A stretch of DNA of 49,370 nt from Chloroflexota bacterium (GTDB lineage: Bacteria > Chloroflexota > UBA5177): NCBI GenBank assembly GCA_025449555.1, contig JANWJD010000030.1:1-49370 (forward strand). The letters are read 5' to 3'. The notes under the pieces are model-generated. The model saw nothing but the letters and a program-made list of their open reading frames with translations. It had not been told where the DNA came from and made no database searches. The stretch's first letter is position 1. Each line of letters opens with the position of its first letter. Positions 28,541-37,580 of the stretch are shown piece by piece. The translations under genes and the position numbers were made by a program.

Positions 28541-28619
28541 ACTCTAGAGGAAGATCGAGTCGTCGTCATCGGAGCGGGTATGGATTCTCGGGAAGTGGCT
28601 CCCTCCACCCGAGGGTGGA
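28541..28619 (-). promoter_or_regulatory. Candidate response-regulator-activated promoter: 7-2-7 inverted repeat plus -10 box
   Basis: TCCACCC-GA-GGGTGGA (28604-28619) and minus-strand -10 TAGAGT (28541-28546); no clear -35. Confidence 0.6.
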
Positions 28620-28689
28620 CGAGCGCGGCTACCCGTATCGTTTACCATGACTCCAATCAGTACACGTCAGTACGCAGTGGAGGTATCTT

Positions 28690-28947
28690 ATGGCACTCGT
28701 GCGCTCGCTCGTGTTTTCAATCCTGGCATCGGTTCTTGCAACCTTGGTTGCGCGTCGCGTTCTGTCGGCTACCTCCGTGCCCGACCTCGATGGACGTGGG
28801 ACGGCGCTGGGCGATCGGGCCGTCGTGGTCGTGGTGCCGGTGTTCGTGGGCAATAGCAACAATCGAATTGGCTGGATCAAAGAAGAGCATCATCACCATC
28901 GCGGCCGACCACGCTTCGGTAGCCGGCATCACCTCAAGAGGCGATGA
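28690..28947 (+). CDS. Small hypothetical membrane-associated protein with His/Arg-rich tail
   Basis: GGAGGT RBS; hydrophobic N-terminus; C-terminus EEHHHHRGRPRFGSRHHLKRR. Confidence 0.6.
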   Translation: MALVRSLVFSILASVLATLVARRVLSATSVPDLDGRGTALGDRAVVVVVPVFVGNSNNRIGWIKEEHHHHRGRPRFGSRHHLKRR

Positions 28948-28967
28948 GGTTGCCGGTAGATCCGGCC

Positions 28968-30695
28968 CTATTCGACGGCCAGCGTGGTCGAAGCCTGAAC
29001 CTTTTTCCCGTGCAGCCGCACGACGGCGAGAACCCGAACCGATTGAGTGCGATGTGCGGACGGCAGCAGCTTGAAGTGCAGCTTGACCCAGCCGAGTTTG
29101 CCGGTCGTGCCGCGCAATCGCTTCTCCTTTCCATTCGTGGCTCTCAGCGTCACTGAGACCGCCGTATGAGCCCTGGTATGTACCAGGATCGCTCCCTTGC
29201 CGCCTGCGGGCAGGATGCGAGGTTGCGCGACCACATCGATCTCTCCGTATCCGATCGTGTACTGGACGGACATCGTGGCGCTGCCAGACGCTGTCGTCGC
29301 GGTGACTTCCACCCTGGCTGTGAGACTTCGGCGGGTTAATTTGCTGTCTGCTTGTACGAACACAAATTGCGAATGACCTGTTGGATCAGACGTGGCATGC
29401 CCTTGCATCACTTCGCCATCCGGAAAGATCACGCGAATCTGAATAGACGTTGCCGGCACAAGATTGCCGATCGAGATGCGCTGCGCCGCACCTGGCTTCA
29501 CAACTCCTGAGAGCGAGATCAGCGCCGGCACGGGAGGGTGCGTTGGTACGGGCATGGAGGTGGCGGTGGAGGTGGGTAACGGGGTCGAAGTGGCAGTCGA
29601 GGTTGGCGTTGCCGTAGCCACCGGTTGAGGGGTAGACGTTGCCGTTGGCTCGGGTGTATCGGTCGCAAGCGGGGGCGTGGTTTGGACGTTTCCGGCTGCG
29701 GCCGAACTTTGCAGTGTCACTGACCCATCGCCGACGTAGCCCAGGGTCGCGGGAATCCCGCTGTCGCTGCTGGTGCCGTATCCCGCGGCGCGCAAGGTCG
29801 AAATCGCGGCCGAAACGCTCTGGCCGGTGCCCATCACATTGAAGAATGCAGCCGCCGACAGGTAATCGTCTTTGGCGGCTCCGTTCTGGTCCCAGCTCAC
29901 CAGTGCGGCGGCGCCCCGGCTGTGGAGTGCCTGCCAGAAGGTCGTCGATCGTAGCAGGGCGCATCCGTTCAGAAACAGCAGGGAGCCGGCGGGAAAGTTT
30001 CCTTCGTGACGGGTAATAAACGCGCCGGTGATGCCGTAGTACTGTTGCGGGCTGCCGGCAACTCCCACCGCGATCACGCTGCCGTCGCTGAGATACGGCG
30101 CAACGGCTGGATCGCCGTTGACGGGCTCCCCACTTGCCACGATGCCATCCCCTGCCGCGCTGACGCCCGAGTGGGTATGCATATACACCACGTTAAAGCG
30201 GGAGAGCGTCGCTATCTGGGCGACCGTGACGCTGGTATCGTACTTCTGGTCCACCCCGAAACCGGCGGCCTGTAGCTGCTGCACTTCGATGTCGCCGGCA
30301 TGTGGACCGAGGCCCAGCTCGGCTGCGAACGGCTCCCAGACAGCGGCCTGTGCAGCGGGTGCGGCACTGGGTGCACCGGGCCGAAGCAGCGGCCGGAGTC
30401 CGGGCACGGCCACGTCCCGCTGCGACCTCCCCAGAATCGCGGCTCGGGGTCCGTCACGGAAGTGGATGGAGATCGTCTGGCGATCCCGGCCCACGGCCGC
30501 GGACGAGACCGCACGCTGGGAACGCAACCAGCGAACGACGGACACGGGCGAAAGGAGCCCTGACCGAACCGATGCCCTGGCCAGGATCTGCGTGTCGCTG
30601 TGCCCCGAGGCGGCGGCCACGGAATCGTGGGAATGTGCAAACGACAGGCAAACCGCCGCGATCATCGCCACTATGGCAGTAATCTTCATTGACAT
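28968..30695 (-). CDS. Secreted protein: putative caspase-hemoglobinase-fold domain, Pro/Thr linker, beta-sandwich C-terminus
   Basis: Signal peptide; VVYMHTHSG and LLFLNGC motifs; PT-rich linker. Confidence 0.75.
   Translation of the reverse strand: MSMKITAIVAMIAAVCLSFAHSHDSVAAASGHSDTQILARASVRSGLLSPVSVVRWLRSQRAVSSAAVGRDRQTISIHFRDGPRAAILGRSQRDVAVPGLRPLLRPGAPSAAPAAQAAVWEPFAAELGLGPHAGDIEVQQLQAAGFGVDQKYDTSVTVAQIATLSRFNVVYMHTHSGVSAAGDGIVASGEPVNGDPAVAPYLSDGSVIAVGVAGSPQQYYGITGAFITRHEGNFPAGSLLFLNGCALLRSTTFWQALHSRGAAALVSWDQNGAAKDDYLSAAAFFNVMGTGQSVSAAISTLRAAGYGTSSDSGIPATLGYVGDGSVTLQSSAAAGNVQTTPPLATDTPEPTATSTPQPVATATPTSTATSTPLPTSTATSMPVPTHPPVPALISLSGVVKPGAAQRISIGNLVPATSIQIRVIFPDGEVMQGHATSDPTGHSQFVFVQADSKLTRRSLTARVEVTATTASGSATMSVQYTIGYGEIDVVAQPRILPAGGKGAILVHTRAHTAVSVTLRATNGKEKRLRGTTGKLGWVKLHFKLLPSAHRTQSVRVLAVVRLHGKKVQASTTLAVE
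29530..29690 (-). repeat. Pro/Thr-rich low-complexity linker
   Basis: TDTPEPTATSTPQPVATATPTSTATSTPLPTSTATSMPVPT. Confidence 0.8.
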
Positions 30696-30816
30696 GTCTC
30701 ATTCTAGGATGACTCGGTTGCTGGCCGGACGACTGTATAACGTCGCGTCCAGCGGCGATGTGACGCCGCCGCACCGGCCGAACCTGGTCCAAGTCATTCT
30801 GGTATCCTGCCACCAT

Positions 30817-31629
30817 ATGGCCTCACGATCGACTGAGACGAGAACGCGGGCTCGTCACACCTGGGTCCAGCCGGCGCGACCGCACACCAAGCAGCGGCGA
30901 TATCGTCGCCTACGACGCTTCATCAGCGTCGTTGTGGTGTTGGCACTGCTACTGCTCGCCTGCTGGATCTACGTGCTGCATGTCTACGCGCCAGGCTTGC
31001 GAACCGAGGTGCGCGCGATACCGACGCTGGTGAAGGCGGAAGTCGTGGCCAATGGTGGCACTTACGTGACCGAGAGCCAGATTTCTCCGAATTTACTGCA
31101 CGCGATCGTGGCCATTGAAGACTGGCGCTTCTACTATCACCCGGGGATCGATCCGCTCGGCATCGCACGAGCCTTATGGATCAATACCAAACACGAACAC
31201 ATCGATCAAGGCGGAAGCACGCTGGAAGAGCAGTTAGCAAAGCGAGCGATCGTGCACGACGACAGCACGATTCGGGCGAAGCTGCGCACGATGGCGTTGG
31301 CTTGGGCCATCGACCAGGAATTCACCAAGTCGAAAATTCTTGAGGAATACCTCAATGCGGCGTACTTCGGGCAGGGCGCCTACGGCGCGGCCGCCGCTGC
31401 TCGGGTGTATTTCGGCACCGACGTCGCCCATCTGACGATTCCCGAGGCTGCGTTTCTGGCCGCTCTGCCCCAGGCCCCGTCCATATACGGAGACCACCCC
31501 AACGCACCGGTCGTGGTCGCACGCAAGAACACCGTTCTGAGCGACATGGCCAAGTACGGGTACATTTCCGCCACCCAGGCCGCGGCTGCTCAGAGTACCC
31601 ACCTGACTTTTGCCCTGCCGAACCCGTGA
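30817..31629 (+). CDS. Monofunctional peptidoglycan transglycosylase (GT51)
   Basis: AIEDWRFYYH.GID, QGGSTLEEQLAK, K.KILE.YLN..YFG and EAA.LA; single TM; no transpeptidase domain. Confidence 0.92.
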   Translation: MASRSTETRTRARHTWVQPARPHTKQRRYRRLRRFISVVVVLALLLLACWIYVLHVYAPGLRTEVRAIPTLVKAEVVANGGTYVTESQISPNLLHAIVAIEDWRFYYHPGIDPLGIARALWINTKHEHIDQGGSTLEEQLAKRAIVHDDSTIRAKLRTMALAWAIDQEFTKSKILEEYLNAAYFGQGAYGAAAAARVYFGTDVAHLTIPEAAFLAALPQAPSIYGDHPNAPVVVARKNTVLSDMAKYGYISATQAAAAQSTHLTFALPNP

Positions 31630-31744
31630 ATTCGTCGCAGCGCGCAGCCGCGCAATAGGTAAGCACCACGCGAGTGCCCTATAGTTGCCTAAGCCCTGGA
31701 ACAAAGTTTGCAACCGAGCATGGAAATCAAAGGAGACCGTCAAA

Positions 31745-32050
31745 ATGGAAAGCGAGAAGGTTGATCGGCTCTCCGCACTCAGCGCCCTGCAAATTGCAGG
31801 ACTGGCTATTGCGGGTAGCACCCTGATTGCCGTTGCCACGTTGATCGGATTGCGGCGACTTGGTTTGGTGAGAAGTTTACCGCAGGAGAACGCAGGGACT
31901 GGAGAGCCGCAGCCGGCAGTTCCGGTCGCGACGTCGGCCTCGATTCCCAAGCACTTTAGTGAGAATGTCGTGGTACCCGGCATCACGTACACCGGGGCCG
32001 ATGTTCGGCGGCAGGATGAACAGGACGGTCGCAGCCCGGAAGGCGTCTAA
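31745..32050 (+). CDS. Hypothetical single-TM protein
   Basis: AAGGAG RBS, ATG at 31745, one hydrophobic helix followed by a polar tail. Confidence 0.65.
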   Translation: MESEKVDRLSALSALQIAGLAIAGSTLIAVATLIGLRRLGLVRSLPQENAGTGEPQPAVPVATSASIPKHFSENVVVPGITYTGADVRRQDEQDGRSPEGV

Positions 32051-32054
32051 ATCG

Positions 32055-33161
32055 CTACACATTGAAGCGGAAGTAGACAACGTCGCCTTCCTGCATCACG
32101 TAATCCTTACCCTCCACTCGGGTGAAGCCGAGTTCTTTCGCTTTCGCCTCGCTCCCCGCCGCCACCAATTTGTCGAACGGGGTGGTTTCGACTCTGATGA
32201 AGCCGCGTTCGATATCGGAGTGGATCACACCGGCCGCCTCCGGCGCCTTTGCGCCCTTGCGGACCGTCCACGCTCTCACCTCCGGCGTCCCGGCGGTTAA
32301 GAAGGTCAACACGCCGAGCTCGCGATACGCTGCCTTGATGAATCGAGACAGACCGGTATCAGCGACTCCGATGCTTGCCAGATACTCCATGGCATCTTCC
32401 GGTTCCAGCTCCGCGAGCTCCGATTCCAGCAAGGCGCTCACCACCGCAACTTCGGCTTCGTACTGCTGCGCTGCCGATTCGATGGAAGCGATCACTTGGC
32501 GAATACCGGTGGAATCCTCGGCTGCCGGGTTGTACAGGATCGACAGATCCTCTTCCGAGACATTGGCGACGATGATGAACGGTTTGAGTGTGGTCAGAGC
32601 GAGGTCCTTGAGACTCTGCAATTCCGTATCAGACAGCTCGACGCTGCGAGCGGAACGTCCGGCATCGAGCGCTTCCCGCAGCGCCAGCAGAGCCTGCTCC
32701 TCGCGCTGGGCCAGCGGATCGCGCGACCGTGCCGCCTTCGAGGTACGTTCGAGTCGCTTGTCGACCCGTGCCAGGTCCGAGAGCTGTAATTCGAGGATGA
32801 TCCCTTCCAGATCGCTCAGTGGTTGCGCTTTGTCGGGACCAAACCCAATGTCGGGGCGATCGTACAGGCGCAATACGATGGCCAAGGAATTTACCGGCTG
32901 TAACTGCCCCAGGAACTGACCACCCAGTCCGCCGTCTTTCGAACCCCCCTTGACGAGCCCGGCCACATCCACCATCTGGACTCCGGTCGGAACGACTCTC
33001 TTGGGTTTATACATCTGGGCCAGCGTATCGAGACGTTCGTCCGGGACCGGCAGTGTCGCCGTGGTGGACCGGCCGCTGATTGTGCTCTTTCGGGTCAAGG
33101 CGTTGAACAGCAGGGTTTTTCCTACATCCGGAAGCCCCACGATGCCTACACTTATGTTCAT
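32055..33161 (-). CDS. ychF: YchF/Ola1-family ATPase, atypical
   Basis: GIVGLPDVGKT, VPDERL, DVAGLVKG, NVSE and TGS domain EVRAWT...AAGVIHSD...EGKDY.MQEGDVVYFRFNV. Confidence 0.92.
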   Translation of the reverse strand: MNISVGIVGLPDVGKTLLFNALTRKSTISGRSTTATLPVPDERLDTLAQMYKPKRVVPTGVQMVDVAGLVKGGSKDGGLGGQFLGQLQPVNSLAIVLRLYDRPDIGFGPDKAQPLSDLEGIILELQLSDLARVDKRLERTSKAARSRDPLAQREEQALLALREALDAGRSARSVELSDTELQSLKDLALTTLKPFIIVANVSEEDLSILYNPAAEDSTGIRQVIASIESAAQQYEAEVAVVSALLESELAELEPEDAMEYLASIGVADTGLSRFIKAAYRELGVLTFLTAGTPEVRAWTVRKGAKAPEAAGVIHSDIERGFIRVETTPFDKLVAAGSEAKAKELGFTRVEGKDYVMQEGDVVYFRFNV

Positions 33162-33321
33162 TCTGATTCACCCCGCTTACAGTATCGGTCACTTCGCCAC
33201 TCGACCAGATTCTGCGGCGTACGGAGCAGAGTCTCGGAAAGTCAAGCAAATCCGGCGCGCACCCACCACACGGATTCCGTGGTACCGTCGGGATAGGTCA
33301 CTCCAGGAAGGAGCGCTTCCC

Positions 33322-35277
33322 GTGTCGATTGAGACGACGCCTGACATCATCTGGCAACCGGGCCAGCGGTACCTCGACCAGAGCCGAGTGCTCCGTCTCA
33401 TGCGCCACCACGGAATTGAGCGGTACGAAACATTCTATGCGCGGTCGATCGACGATCCCGAATGGTTCTGGGAAACGGTGGTCAAGGAGGAGCTCGAGCT
33501 CGAATGGTTTCGACCGTACGAGCGGGTGCTCGACACGTCCCGGGGACCCGCATGGCCCCAGTGGTTCACCGGCGGCAGGTTCAATTACGTAGCCAATGCG
33601 GTGGACCGGCATGCCGAAGGGGCGCGTGGCACCCACATGGCAGTTACCTGGGAGGGAGAAGAGGGGGCCGTACGTGGCCTCACCTATCGAGAACTCCAGT
33701 ACGAGGTGAACCGCCTCGCCGCCGGCCTGCGTGAACTGGGCATCCAAAAGGGTGATCGGGTAGGCATCTTCATGCCGATGGTGCTCGAAACCGTGGTGGC
33801 AACACTCGCGTGCTCCAAGATCGGTGCGATTTACATTCCAACCTTTTCGGGGTACGGATCGGAAGCGGTGGCGCTCCGGCTGCGGGATGCCGAAGCGAAG
33901 TTGTTGATTACGGCTGACGCTTTCTACCGACGCGGCAGAAAGATCGAGATGAAAGCGACCGCCGACCGCGCCGCGGAGCTCGCGCCGTCCATCGAACGTG
34001 TCCTGGTGTGCACGCGCGTGGCTGGGGAGATGCCCTGGACTGAGGGCCGGGATGTCCACTGGTCCGAGTTAGTAGAGCGGCAGGCCGGTGATCTGGCGAC
34101 GGAGCAAACCGAAGCCGACGATCCGTTCATGATCATCTACACGTCCGGGACCACCGGGCGTCCCAAAGGCACGTTCCATATCCATACAGGGTTCCCGATC
34201 AAGGCCGCGCAGGACATGGCACATTGTTTCGATGTCCACGACAGCGACACACTCTTCTGGCTCACCGATCTTGGCTGGATGATGGGGCCGTGGGCGATCA
34301 TGGGAACGCTCATGCTGGGCGCCACCTTATTCCTGTACGACGGAACCCCCGACTATCCGGAGCCGGATCGGATCTGGCGGATGGTCGACCGGCATCGCCT
34401 GTCGGTGCTCGGCATATCACCCACCGTGATTCGCGCCTTGATGCCGCACGGCGAACAGTGGCCCCACAATCATGACCTCTCGTCACTGCGTGTCCTGGGC
34501 GGATCCGGCGAGCCATGGAACCCGGGTCCCTGGATCTGGTACTTTCAGCAAATCGGCAATAGCACCTGCCCAATCATCAACTACTCCGGTGGAACCGAGA
34601 CCTCGGGCGGCATTCTCGGCTGCAATACCATACTGCCGCTGCGCCCTACATCGTTCTCGACGCCGGTACCGGGTATGGCGGCTGACGTCTTTGACGAACG
34701 TGGTGAGTCCGTGCGGGGCGTGGTGGGCGAACTCGTGGTGAGGAAGCCATGGGTCGGCATGACTCATGGGTTCTGGCAGGACGCGGAACGCTACGAAGCA
34801 ACCTATTGGTCCAGATTCCCCGGTACCTGGACTCACGGCGACTGGGCGCTGGTCGACCGGGACGGCTTCTGGTACATCCTGGGCCGTTCCGACGACACAT
34901 TGAAAGTCGCCGGCAAGCGCGTCGGTCCGGCGGAAGTTGAGTCGGCCGCGGTAAGCCACCCCGCCGTGCAGGAAGCAGCCGCTATCGGAGTTCCACACGA
35001 GGTCAAGGGCGAAACGGTCACGCTTTTTGTCATCCTGGGACGGGAACACGTTCCGAGTGAAGCCCTGCGGGAAGAAATTCGCCAGGAAGTGGGCCGACAC
35101 CTGGGCAAAGCGCTATTGCCGCAGGAGGTACGGTTCTGCACCGATTTCCCGCGGACGCGCAATGCAAAGATCCTACGACGGGTCATCCGAGCGCGCTATC
35201 TCAACCAGGACGATCTTGGTGACCTTTCCTCGCTGGAAAACCCATCAGCGCTCGAGGCTATAGCCGCTTCTACCTGA
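33322..35277 (+). CDS. AMP-forming acyl-CoA synthetase (acetate--CoA ligase-like)
   Basis: YTSGTTGRPKG, SGGTE, GRSDD and PRTRNAKILRR; GTG start after AGGAG. Confidence 0.93.
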   Translation: MSIETTPDIIWQPGQRYLDQSRVLRLMRHHGIERYETFYARSIDDPEWFWETVVKEELELEWFRPYERVLDTSRGPAWPQWFTGGRFNYVANAVDRHAEGARGTHMAVTWEGEEGAVRGLTYRELQYEVNRLAAGLRELGIQKGDRVGIFMPMVLETVVATLACSKIGAIYIPTFSGYGSEAVALRLRDAEAKLLITADAFYRRGRKIEMKATADRAAELAPSIERVLVCTRVAGEMPWTEGRDVHWSELVERQAGDLATEQTEADDPFMIIYTSGTTGRPKGTFHIHTGFPIKAAQDMAHCFDVHDSDTLFWLTDLGWMMGPWAIMGTLMLGATLFLYDGTPDYPEPDRIWRMVDRHRLSVLGISPTVIRALMPHGEQWPHNHDLSSLRVLGGSGEPWNPGPWIWYFQQIGNSTCPIINYSGGTETSGGILGCNTILPLRPTSFSTPVPGMAADVFDERGESVRGVVGELVVRKPWVGMTHGFWQDAERYEATYWSRFPGTWTHGDWALVDRDGFWYILGRSDDTLKVAGKRVGPAEVESAAVSHPAVQEAAAIGVPHEVKGETVTLFVILGREHVPSEALREEIRQEVGRHLGKALLPQEVRFCTDFPRTRNAKILRRVIRARYLNQDDLGDLSSLENPSALEAIAAST

Positions 35278-35337
35278 CTTCCTCGGCTTGAATCAGCCGA
35301 CGGCCCTGCCCGACGGAAACCTGGCCGAATATCGTGC

Positions 35338-36483
35338 TCACTCGTCGCGGAGCAAATCGTCGGCAATGATCATGCGCTGTATTTCGCTGGTTCCCTCATA
35401 GATGCGGACGATACGGGCATCCCGGTACATGCGTTCGATATCGAACTCCTTCATGTATCCCATGCCGCCGTGTACCTGCACCGCACGATCCACCACGCGA
35501 TTCAGCATTTCGCTGCAATAGACCTTCACCACCGCCGCCTCATGCGATGCCCGCTGACCGGAGTCAATCTTCCAGGCAGCGTGATAGGTCATCCAGCGTC
35601 CGGCGTGCACATCCACCTCGGAGTCGGCCAGCATCCATTGGATCGCCTGGTTGCTGGCAATCGGTCGCCCGAACTGCACGCGTTGCCGGCTCCATTGGAT
35701 CGACATAGTGAGGGCGGTCTGCGCCTGTCCCACACAGCTTGCCCCGAGCGCGATTCTGCCTCCGTCCAGGGTCTGCATGGCGACTCGAAAGCCACGCCCC
35801 TCCTCCCCGATGACATTCTCGGCGGGCACGCAGCACTCATCGAAAAAGATCTCGCTCGTCTTGGATCCGCGCAGCCCCATTTTTTCGTCGACTTTTCCGA
35901 TGGTCAGACCCGGTGTGTCGCGATCCACGACAAAGGCGGTTACCCCTTTCGAGCCTTGTTCCTTGTCTGTGACCGCAAAAACCGTGTAGAGATCCGCCAT
36001 CGGACCATTGCTGACCCAGAGCTTCGATCCGTTCAGGACGTAGTGGTCTCCGTCGCGGCGGGCAGTCGTCTGAATGTGGGCCGCATCAGATCCGGCGTTC
36101 GGCTCGGTCAGCGCAAAGGCTCCCAGCTTCTCACCTGTCGCCATGGCGGGAAGGTAGCGTTGCTTCAAGTGGTCGGAACCGGCCAACGCGATGGCCGCGC
36201 CGCTCAAACTGCAGTGGCCCCCGATGATGTTGGAATATGCAGCGTTGACAGCTCCCAGCTCTTCCATGGCCACACAGTAGCCGAGTTCACCGAAGCCCCC
36301 GCCACCGTACTCTTCGGCGAACGGAATCGCGAACAACCCGAGATCCTTCATTTCCTGCAAGACTTCGGATGGAACGGCGTCATCATGTTCCACCTGCATG
36401 GTGAGCGGCGCCAGACGATCGCGCACGAACTCGCGCACCGTCGATTGCAGCAATTTCACATCGTCGGGAACGGAAAAATCCAA
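35338..36483 (-). CDS. Acyl-CoA dehydrogenase
   Basis: FALTEPNAGSD, KMGLRGS, R.QFG.PI, QVHGG.GY and IYEGTSEIQR. Confidence 0.96.
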   Translation of the reverse strand: MDFSVPDDVKLLQSTVREFVRDRLAPLTMQVEHDDAVPSEVLQEMKDLGLFAIPFAEEYGGGGFGELGYCVAMEELGAVNAAYSNIIGGHCSLSGAAIALAGSDHLKQRYLPAMATGEKLGAFALTEPNAGSDAAHIQTTARRDGDHYVLNGSKLWVSNGPMADLYTVFAVTDKEQGSKGVTAFVVDRDTPGLTIGKVDEKMGLRGSKTSEIFFDECCVPAENVIGEEGRGFRVAMQTLDGGRIALGASCVGQAQTALTMSIQWSRQRVQFGRPIASNQAIQWMLADSEVDVHAGRWMTYHAAWKIDSGQRASHEAAVVKVYCSEMLNRVVDRAVQVHGGMGYMKEFDIERMYRDARIVRIYEGTSEIQRMIIADDLLRDE

Positions 36484-36551
36484 CGTCTGTCTCCCGTCAA
36501 ACTGAGGTTACGCCCCTCAGCTCAGCACCAGGTGCGTTCCAACCCCTGACT

Positions 36552-36965
36552 TTAGCCGAAAAAAGCGCTCCACCATTGATTCCAGGTGGCCGGTTGCGGG
36601 GGCGGGGGCGTCACCGGTGCTGGTCTGAAGTGCTCGACTACCGCCTGGGTCGGCGCCAGTTGTACGAGAGTTTCTCCCGGTTTCGTATACCCCAGGACAG
36701 AGCGGGCGATGTTCTCGACGTAGGCCGGCGATTGATAGCCACGGATGGCAGCCTGCGTATTCGTGCGGTCTCTCTCTAGCGCAAGATTCTGCTGCTGCAG
36801 CGCAACCTCCTGAGAGGTCAAGCTCTTAATCTGGTCGGTCTTCTGTACAAATTTGAAGGCAAAGAGGCCCATCAGAAGAATGAGCACCACATAGGCGGGG
36901 CGAAATCTGAAGCGCTTTCGGCTCTCCGGAGCCTGCTTGTTCTTGCGTTGTGTTACAGTCGGCAT
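36552..36965 (-). CDS. ftsB: Septum formation initiator FtsB/DivIC
   Basis: Basic N-terminus, TM, coiled coil, YVENIARSVLGYTKPGE. Confidence 0.88.
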   Translation of the reverse strand: MPTVTQRKNKQAPESRKRFRFRPAYVVLILLMGLFAFKFVQKTDQIKSLTSQEVALQQQNLALERDRTNTQAAIRGYQSPAYVENIARSVLGYTKPGETLVQLAPTQAVVEHFRPAPVTPPPPQPATWNQWWSAFFG

Positions 36966-36971
36966 CGATCC

Positions 36972-37448
36972 TTACCTTCCCAGGAGCGCGAACACATGGT
37001 CGACCGCAGCTTGGGGCGTGTCCGCCTGCACCAAATCATCGGACTCTCCATCGGGCCGCGCGCAGCGCCAGGTGTGCAAGCCCACGACCGGCTTTCCAGT
37101 CTTGCGAGCAAGAGCAATCTCTGACAGAGTGCCCCACTCACCGGCGACGGCAATCACAGCCCCCGCGCTACTCACGATCAGACCGTTCCGCAACTGTCCC
37201 ATTCCAGTTGGAATGGCGACTTCGACCCACGCATTCGCCGCAGCCGGATCAGCCCCGGCCAGAATTCCGACGACCAATCCCCCGGCCGTGTGAGCGCCCC
37301 GGGAGGCTGCTTCCATCACGCCGGTCGATCCGCCAGTAATCAGGATGGCACCTCTCTCAGCGATTAATCTGCCGACTTCAGACGCCAGAGCGGCAGTGTC
37401 GGCATCACATTCTCCGGATCCAACGACCGCGACCGCGACTCGTGCCAC
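36972..37448 (-). CDS. TIGR00725 / LOG-family Rossmann protein
   Basis: TGG..GVMEA, TGMG..RN and G.WGTLSEIA. Confidence 0.9.
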   Translation of the reverse strand: MARVAVAVVGSGECDADTAALASEVGRLIAERGAILITGGSTGVMEAASRGAHTAGGLVVGILAGADPAAANAWVEVAIPTGMGQLRNGLIVSSAGAVIAVAGEWGTLSEIALARKTGKPVVGLHTWRCARPDGESDDLVQADTPQAAVDHVFALLGR

Positions 37449-37580
37449 GCCACGCCGCTCCTTCCGAGATATGGTGTTAGTGTACCGAGGGCCATTTCAC
37501 AGAAGCAATACATCTCGCGAGGAATGTGCCCGCATTCGACCGGCACCAGACACATTGCCCGGGCCACTGGCGAGCTGCAC

